A program made the translations under genes and the position numbers. Shown here in pieces: positions 55,146 through 64,000 of a stretch of DNA of 64,000 nt (position 1 is its first letter; the number at the start of each line of letters is the position of its first letter). Source of the stretch: Eledone cirrhosa (taxonomy: Eukaryota); assembly GCA_964016885.1 (NCBI GenBank), contig OZ024764.1, positions 26,412,001 to 26,476,000 of the forward strand. The letters are read 5' to 3'. The notes under the pieces are model-generated. The model was not told the DNA's origin. It ran no database searches and saw only the letters and a program-made list of their open reading frames with translations.

Positions 55146-56335
55146 CTATAACACATATAACTCTATCAGTGAAGCCCTTTAGTATAGGTCAACTGGGAAA
55201 CTATAACACATATAACCCTATCAGTGAAGTCCTTTAGTATAGGTCAACTGGGAAACTATAACACATATAACCCTATCAGTGAAGTCCTTTAGTATAGGTC
55301 AACTGGGAAACTATAACACATATAACTCTATCAGTGAAGCCCTTTAGTATAGGTCAACTGGGAAACTATAACACATATAACCCTATCAGTGAAGTCCTTT
55401 AGTATAGGTCAATTGGGAAACTATAACACATGTAACCCTATCAGTGAAGTCCTTTAGTATAGGTCAACTGGGAAACTATAACACATATAACCCTATCAGT
55501 GAAGTCCTTTAGTATAGGTCAACTGGGAAACTATAACACATATAACCCTATCAGTGAAGTCCTTTAGTATAGGTCAACTGGGAAACTATAACACATATAA
55601 CTCTATCAGTGAAGCCCTTTAGTATAGGTCAACTGGGAAACTATAACACATATAACCCTATCAGTGAAGTCCTTTAGTATAGGTCAATTGGGAAACTATA
55701 ACACATGTAACCCTATCAGTGAAGTCCTTTAGTATAGGTCAACTGGGAAACTATAACACATATAACCCTATCAGTGAAGTCCTTTAGTATAGGTCAACTG
55801 GGAAACTATAACACATATAACCCTATCAGTGAAGTCCTTTAGTATAGGTCAACTGGGAAACTATAACACATATAACTCTATCAGTGAAGCCCTTTAGTAT
55901 AGGTCAACTGGGAAACTATAACACATATAACCCTATCAGTGAAGTCCTTTAGTATAGGTCAACTGGGAAACTATAACACATATAACCCTATCAGTGAAGT
56001 CCTTTAGTATAGGTCAACTGGGAAACTATAACACATATAACCCTATCAGTGAAGTCCTTTAGTATAGGTCAACTGGGAAACTATAACACATATAACCCTA
56101 TCAGTGAAGCCCTCTGGGAAACTATAACACATATAACTCTATCAGTGAAGCCCTTTAGTATAGGTCAACTGGGAAACTATAACACATATAACCCTATCAG
56201 TGAAGTCCTTTAGTATAGGTCAACTGGGAAACTATAACACATATAACCCTATCAGTGAAGTCCTTTAGTATAGGTCAACTGGGAAATTATAACACATATA
56301 ACCCTATCAGTGAAGTCCTTTAGTATAGGTCAACT
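55146..56335. repeat. 55-bp satellite, about 22 copies (CTATAACACATATAACCCTATCAGTGAAGTCCTTTAGTATAGGTCAACTGGGAAA)
   Basis: 55-nt period (55201, 55256, ...); one internally deleted unit near 56110. Confidence 0.96.
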
Positions 56336-56479
56336 AACAGAAGTATTACGGGTATGGAAAAAATTCTAAATAAGCCTACAACAGTCATTGCGGGCCACTC
56401 TGACTGGTCAGGTGGGCTCGATTGTGGCCCGCGGGCCGCCTGTTGCACGCCCCTCCTTTAGACAGAATATCTATCACTG

Positions 56480-56690
56480 TTAAGTAATAATGTGATCTGT
56501 CGGCCAACTACATTTTCCAGCCTGTGGCGTTTGGGGGAGTCGGGATACTGACTGCGAGATTCCTATCTTCACTGGCGGCTAGCCTGACGAAGGTGACTGG
56601 TGAAGCTCGTGAGGGCACTTGGTTGTTCCAGCTCCTCAGCCTCGCCATCGCCCGAGGTAACGCTGCAGACGTGCTGGCTTGCCTAAAAAA
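56480..56690 (+). mobile_element. CRE-like retrotransposon 3' tail (related tails at about 51680-51900 and 62560-62780)
   Basis: Translates NYIFQPVAFGGVG...EGTWLFQLLSLAIARGNAA. Confidence 0.6.
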
Positions 56691-58369
56691 TAATTAGAGA
56701 GGTTTCCCAGTGCTCCTCGCGATACTGTTATCTTTTGCTCTAGTAGCAGCTCGTTTGTCCACCCCTTTCGCCTGCCTTTGGTTGTATGTCGTCCTAGATG
56801 TGTGTATTACCTGCTTGTGTGTTGTATGTGGTCCTAGATGTGTGTATTACCTGCTTATGTGATCCTAGATGTATGTATTACCTGCTGGTGTGTTGTATGT
56901 GGTCCCAGATGTGTGGATTACCTGTTTTTATGTTGTATGTGGTCCCAAATGTGTGTGCTACCCGCTTCTGTGATTTGTTTGTTTCTTCTTTCTCTCTTCC
57001 GAGATACAATCCTGTATTTTTTTAAATCTATTCCATGCGTTAAGTAATTAGCAGCAACAACAAACTGATTTTCAGTTGTAAAAAGAATCTTTAAACCTTC
57101 ACCATTTACATTAACACATACTATACGTTGTCCCAGCCACAAATAAACAGTAAAAAAAACTTACTTTGCGGTTAAATTCTTCACAATTAAAAGAAAAATA
57201 TTTCTAACACGTTTCTAGACAACAAGTTTACACCTTCAATATCCGGTAAAAGTAAAAACAAATTCTGGAGACATTTAACGAAACGAAACTATGTAAAGAA
57301 AAACGAAAATTAAACGAAGACAAATAGTAAATTTTAATTTTTTATTAAATAAAATACCAGTAATTCACTGCAGTAGATTTAATCAACTTTACTCTCTCTG
57401 CACGAAAGAAGAAAAAAATTCCTGACTTAGTGCTTAATATATAGAGAGGAGGAGAGTTTGGTGTTACTTCATATAGAGAGGGGTATTGGAAGAGAGTGCC
57501 GTGTAGTAGATATAGAGAGGGAGAGAGTTAGTGCTAATTGATATAAAGAGGGGGATTTGCTCCCCCCCCCCGCCTAGAAAAATTCTGAAATGCTTCGACC
57601 TCCCTGTACATATATATATATATATATAGTATACACACACAGACATATATATATGTATATATTATATATATAGTAAATAAATGTGTGTGTGTATCAGTGG
57701 TCCCCAAACTTTTCTGTTCCACACCCCTCCTCTAAAATATGTTTATGTTCCCCTTTAATATAAAAACAATCCGAGTATTCTGAAAGTATTATTACTGTAA
57801 TATAAAGTAGAAACCCTTTATTTAAACAAAGCTACGATGCAGCGATGATCAAAACAAACTTCTCGTAGGTGCTGCCAAGCGGGGAAAAGTGGGTGTATAA
57901 TGATGATGATATATATATATATGCCCCACCCTTGCAAACAGGGAAAAGCAGACGTAAAATGAAAATGATGATATATATATAGATAGATATGTATATATAT
58001 ATATATATATTTATACTTATACGTCATGGTGGACAGGTGCCAAGAGGAAGAAGCCGGTCAAATCCTCTGATATTTGTTTATCTTCCTTTCCTTTGTATAT
58101 ATATATATAGTATGTGTGTATGAAGATGTATGACCCCCTAGCAAGCCAAACTACAGTTACTCCCCAACATGGAGAGCAAATTAAAACATTACCTGTTAGA
58201 GAGGAACGTGAAATGAATTGTTAGTGAACTACCGGTGTAACAGTAATTATGTTACCGGTGTAACTATTTCTGTTTACCTTATTTTTAAATGACACTCCTA
58301 TATTAGTTTAGTGACCTTTCAATTCAAATAAATTCTTGATGATGATTGAACTCGCATCGGAGTAGCCCA

Positions 58370-58760
58370 ACGCCTTGGCCTCCGCGTGTGTGAGCCACAT
58401 AAATGCTCTCAACGACATAGTGAGAAGAAGCCTGGACGCAGCTGAATTTCCATCTCAACTGGAGCCAGCAGGCCTAGGCCGCGGAGATGGCAAGCACCCC
58501 GAGGGAATCACCCTCTTCCCATTCGAAGGAGGTAGATCCACAAACCCCAGCATCGCTGCCCGTCTCGCAGATGAACATAAAATAAACAAATTCCGGTGTT
58601 TGTCCTGGAGCCTCTTCTAAGCACCAGCCGCCGTCGAGACCCCGGGCCAACTTGGACCCATTACAGCCGAGCTCCTCCGCAACATCGCAGTGTCTGTGGC
58701 CCGTCTGAGGATGGAGTCCCACGAGGTTGGATGCCTGTTGCAGCAGGTGTCACTGTCCTT
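58370..58760 (+). mobile_element. CRE-like RLE-domain fragment with an internal deletion
   Basis: LNDIVRRSLDAAEFPSQLEPAGLGRGDGKHPEGITLFPFEGGRS. Confidence 0.75.
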
Positions 58761-58876
58761 ACATATATATACGTAAATGTTCCCTTGACTGCTATTTCTA
58801 GCATATATTAATAGACACTTTAGAAACAGCAGCTAAAAATCAAGAAACAACAGTGTGTGTCTGTATATATATACAC

Positions 58877-58944
<68 letters not shown>

Positions 58945-59023
58945 AGCCAAAGACACGCACACACGAACATACACATACACACAGGTGTATGTCTGCGTGT
59001 ATGTATATATATGTGTGTGTCTT

Positions 59024-59121
<98 letters not shown>

Positions 59122-59254
59122 GTCAGTGATCCCCCTCGCAACCTTTAATTAAACAAACCTGCGATGAGGCGATGATCAAAATAAACACCAAAGTATAAAC
59201 AAACAGCCCATAGGTGCTGCCGGATACACGATAACATGTGTAGACGAAGTAAAA

Positions 59255-59738
59255 CTTTTATTACTGTAATATAAAGTAGAAACCCTATATTTAAACAAAG
59301 CTGCGATGCAGCGATGATCAAAACAAACTTCAAATAACATGTGTATACGAAGTGTATCTGGAAGCTTGGTCGTATTATATGACTTTCAAATTGACCCCTA
59401 TTATATTCAAATTATCCCCTGTGGGGCGTGCACCCCACGTTGAGAATCCCTCATAAATAAAAATATGTGAGTGTGTTGCTATGACTGCTATTTCTAGCAG
59501 GTTTACTGCAGTCCTGTAGACGCACAACAAAAACCGGAAGTGGCAGCCATTAAAAAACTTTAGCTTAAAATCAGCCAAAAGATTTTCAATAATAGTAAAA
59601 TTTTATTTTTGACAAGGACGATAACTTTTGTCTTACTTAATCGCAAAAATCGAGGCAAAAATTTTGCGGGTGTGCAGTTTACACGCTAAAATAAACCTGC
59701 TAGAAATAGCAGTTATAGCAACTCACATATATTTATAT

Positions 59739-59772
<34 letters not shown>

Positions 59773-60185
59773 CCAAACACACACCCTTATATATGTACGT
59801 GTGTGTGTGTTGACCGCTATATATATATATAGCAGCCAAACACATACACAGACACACATATATATATATATACATGTGTGTGTATATGTGTGTGTCCTCC
59901 TCTCGTCTATGGCTGTTATTTTTACATTGTCCTTTTTGTTATTTTTCTCGGGATTTGCCCGGATTCGAACATGCGACCACCTATTTACAATATAGAATCT
60001 TTACAGCTTTACTGACTTTTAAGTAATCCAAGTTGTAACCCCGGATTTAGTAGTGTTTAATTTATTTTGAAGTATTTTATTATTGGCCTTAGTTAGACGA
60101 TCGTCCAAGACCATGCTGGGGCATATATATATATATGTATATATATATGTGTGTGTGTGTGTGTATGCTGGGGCATATATATATA

Positions 60186-60237
<52 letters not shown>

Positions 60238-63200
60238 CTAGGGCATATATATATATGTGTGTGTGTGTATATATATATATATGTGTGTGTGTCCTTTCTG
60301 TTATTCGCTGCTATTTCTAAAGTGTCAATATATATATCATATATATATATATATGATATATAAATATATGTAAGTGAGTTGCTATGACTGCTATTTCTAG
60401 CAGGTTTATTTTTAGCGTGTAAACTGCACACCCTCAAAATTTTTGCCTCGATTTTTGCGATTAAGTAAGACAAAAGTTATCGTCCTTGTCAAAAATAAAA
60501 TTTTACTATTATTGAAAATCTTTTGGCTGATTTTAAGCCAAAGTTTTTTAATGGCTGCCACTTCCGGTTTTTGTTGTGCGTCTACAGGACTGCAGTAAAT
60601 CTGCTAGAAATAGCAGTCATAGCAACACACTCACATATATTTATTTATGAGGGATTCTCAACGTGGGGTGCACGCCCCACAGCGGATAATTTGAATATAA
60701 TAGGGGTCAATTTGAAAGTCATATAATACGACCCAACTCCCTGTTACACTTCGTATACACATGTTATCGTGTATCTGGCAGCACCTGCGAGAAGTTTGTT
60801 TACATTTTGGGGTTTGCTTTGATGATCGCTGCATCGCAGCTTTGTTTAAATAAAGGGTTTCTACTTTATATTACAGTAATAACACTTTTACAAGACTCGG
60901 ATTGTTTTTATATTAAAGGGGACATGTTTTTTAAACTCTGAACTCAGCATCTTTCTGTTGTTCTCCGGGATTCTAGCAAAGTATAAAAATATATATATAT
61001 ATATAGCTGGCAGTCAACCTCAGACTCGAAAAAGCCGCCGCTAATCGTGATCGTTGGGGTTATAATTAGACTAAAAGTGCTTCCACTGGGCACCATTAGC
61101 TGATTGTGATCATTGGAGAATTCTTTCTGCGCTGAAAGAGCCTAGGACTAAAAGATATATATATAGATGTCGAAACGGCAGTAGCACAGCCGTTGGGGTC
61201 CTGAATATTTTCACATCTATATATGTGTGTGTATTCTGCGACATTTATAATTACATAAGCAAGCATATTTGAATAACAAAATTTGAGGTTTAAATACTTT
61301 ATTTTTTACCAATAACATAGAGAAAGGCATGAACAACACCACATGTTAATTACTTTAATATTGAAAGTAGGGTTATAAAGATTAAAAAAGCAGATTTTTT
61401 AATCTTTCATGGTGGTCTGGTGGGTGATACCAGAGATGGTGGTAGTCCTGGTTTCGCTTTCAATCCCGGTCATGGGTTACATATAAGGTCTCATTTTTTT
61501 TTTTCTTTCTTTCAGTTTTCTTCTTATCTCTAGATATAAATATATATACATAAGGTAATTTGGTAGAATTGTTAGAACATCAGATAGAATTCTTTGCAGT
61601 ATTTTTCCAGTTCTTTACTCTGAGTTCAACTTTACCTTTCTTCCATTCGGTGTCGATAAGTCTTGAATATGTCTAACGTAGCAATAATTGGAGCTACTTA
61701 ACCAAGTTTTCCCAACCTAGTCGATGTCACCTACTGGTTGGCGATTTAAACTGTTGGCTGGGACAATGACCAACTAATCAGTCAGATTCGAACTCACTAT
61801 GTCTGGCATATATTTTATATTTTATATTTGAATGACGTTCTGTAAGTAACCTGGTGGCTTAGATGGCAATACTGCTCGAATAGATGGCTTCTATTATGAA
61901 GTTATAAGTTCATTCCCTATCCAGGATTGTAGAATTAATTTTATTTAGTTATTATTTAATCAATTGTTTTAACAAACAAATTATATCTATAAAACGCCAA
62001 ATATAGTGAGTTCAAATCTGACTGACATGCATGGTATATATTTATGTTTCATTATACAACGACACAATACACAGGAACTTATAAAGATATGTATATATTG
62101 TCCAGGAGTTTCGAGTTTAGTGGGAATTGGTACAACTCTCAATTGGAGCTAGTTCCTGCAAGATCAGCATAAATAATGTTATACCTTTTCATGAAATCTT
62201 GCACACCCGATGTTTTATACATGATTATTTAAAGGTGAACAAAAACCAAAGAACATTGTGCAGCATTTCTCAACCTTTCTACCCATGTCGATCTCTTGAA
62301 ATAGTTTTTATGTCTCAGGGATGCCCTGCATAAAATATACTTTTTCTATCTCTAGAGCAGTGGTTCCCAAATCGTGTGCTGCGAGATGAAACAAGATGAG
62401 CTGCAAAAGACTAAGATTAAGTTTTAAGATGTGAAAAATATAAAACTGAAATTTCATATAAAAGTTCAAATATAGCTACAGCCACAAACCTAGGCTCCAC
62501 ACCCCGCAATGCAAAGGATAGTAAGATAGTACCAAGGCCTGACTCACCTCTTCCACTCCATTGAGACCTCTGCCATACTTGGTCCCTGTACTGCTGATTT
62601 CCTCCATAAAGTCGGGAGGAAAGACGACAGGAGCCTCATGAGGAGGGGCGACTATTGTAGCAGGTGTCTCTGGCCTTGCTCCGAGGTAACGCTTTTACGT
62701 TTCTTCCACAGGTTGCGGCTGAGGGACCACTTAGACTGGGGTGAAGTGTCTGTCCCTCCCCCGACTTCTTACTTCTTTTTTTTTCTCATTTTCATTTTCT
62801 TTTCTCTTCTTGCTTATCTCTGCTATACCACGGCATCAAAAACATATATGATATGTGTATGTATGGTATAGGTGTATTTATATTTAGGATAGTTATCAAA
62901 GGTAAATAGACTGGTTGAAGCAATAACAGTCTTGTTTATGTATATACACACATATATATATATATATATATATATCTGTTTGTTCTTGTATTTCCATAGA
63001 AAAGGTAAAGAAAAGAAGAATGCTCTATGTATTGTACAGAGCTATTTAATTACATAATAAACAACAGAATATAATTATTCCATGCAAATAGACTTAGACT
63101 GGAAAACATTCAGACAGAGAAGAATGGATAATGAGCGTCGTAAGAGAAATTGGCCAACAATTAATATTAATGGAAATGTAGAAGGATTTCATATTAGTGA

Positions 63201-63327
63201 TATGAATGTTTCGTGTGATCACTGTGGAGCTTTGAAATTTAGAAATGAAAATTGTAACTGTTGTAATAAAGGAAAGGTTGTGTTGCCACCATTGCAAATA
63301 TACCCTGAGAGACTGAGAAATCTCTTT
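59255..63327 (+). repeat. Direct segmental duplicate of about 48400-52445, including the inverted-repeat pair (arms about 59255-59760 and 60335-60890) and the Helitron relic 5' part
   Basis: ORF pairs 49646/60523, 51250/62127, 51761/62638 and 52201/63082 at an offset of about 10.88 kb. Confidence 0.93.
63082..63327 (+). pseudogene. Truncated Helitron Rep N-terminal fragment
   Basis: CDHCGALKFRNENCNCCNKGKVVLPPL; duplicate of 52201-52445. Confidence 0.85.
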
Positions 63328-63354
63328 GAAAGAGATTTCTCAGTCTCTCAGGGT

Positions 63355-64000
63355 ATATATTCCCGCCGTTGAAATAAAAATTTTAATAGAAAAACGGCGG
63401 GAATATATGTTACAACCCAATCTATATATATTTAGGTTGTAACATATATTCCCGCCGTTGAAATAAAAATTTTAATAGAAAAACGGCGGGAATATATGTT
63501 ACAGCCCAATCTATATATATTTGGGTTTTAACATATATTCCCGCCGTTGAAATAAACATTTTAATAGAAAAACGGCGGGAATATATGTTACAACCCAATC
63601 TACATATATTTGGGTTGTAACATATATTCCCACCGTTGAAATAAAAATTTTAATAGAAAAACGGCGGGAATATATGTTACAACCCAATCTACATATATTT
63701 GGGTTGTAACATATATTCCCGCCGTTGAAATAAAAATTTTAACATAAAAACGGCGGGAATATATATTACAACCCAAACATATATAGGTTGGGTTGTAACA
63801 TATATTCCCGCCGTTTTTCTATTAAAATTTTTATTTCAACGGCGGGAATATATGTTACAACCCCAAAATATGTAGCTTGGATTGTAACATATATTCCCGC
63901 CGTTTTTCTATTAAAATTTTTATTTCAACGGCGGGAATATATGTTACAACTCAAATATATATAGATTGGGTTGTAACATATATTCCCGCCGTTTTTCTAT
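63355..64000. repeat. 89-bp internally palindromic tandem array whose orientation flips at about 63781
   Basis: CCC(G/A)CCGTT at 63362, 63451, 63540, 63629, 63718 and 63807; the loop sequences switch to their reverse complements after 63781. Confidence 0.95.

Noticed and set aside
55146-56335. CRISPR-like regular array (also considered for 63355-64000 and the 72-bp arrays)
   Set aside because: No unique spacers, no cas genes, eukaryotic context.
58853-59152. ER/RE-repeat and LS-repeat ORFs
   Set aside because: Translations of (GA)n and (TC)n tracts.

Overview
AT-rich, repeat-dense eukaryotic DNA, inferred to be coleoid cephalopod (Octopus-like) from the zinc-finger style and SINE/MITE motifs; no database check was possible. 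The left 38 kb holds a tandem cluster of KRAB-less C2H2 zinc-finger ORFs with no intron in the coding part: one partial gene, then genes A-D with 14, 13, 9 and 11 fingers. They sit in a duplicated two-gene unit (A-B and C-D) whose fingers have been deleted and swapped in frame. Around them are TTAA-flanked piggyBac-type MITEs whose interiors have expanded into 72-bp or 49-bp tandem arrays, a 3.7-kb non-autonomous Helitron with a visible empty paralogous site and an inverted copy of its own 3' end, a decayed Rep/PIF1 Helitron spread by segmental duplication, LINE and SINE fragments, and a stray exon resembling a SEC14-like GOLD domain. The right 26 kb has no credible genes. It is dominated by long inverted repeats carrying ETS/YY1-like motifs, a 4-kb direct duplication ending in a perfect snap-back hairpin, and several satellites, including an 89-bp doubly palindromic array. 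Most ORF-track entries other than the four zinc-finger ORFs and the transposon relics are spurious. Boundaries of repeat features were read by eye and are approximate.
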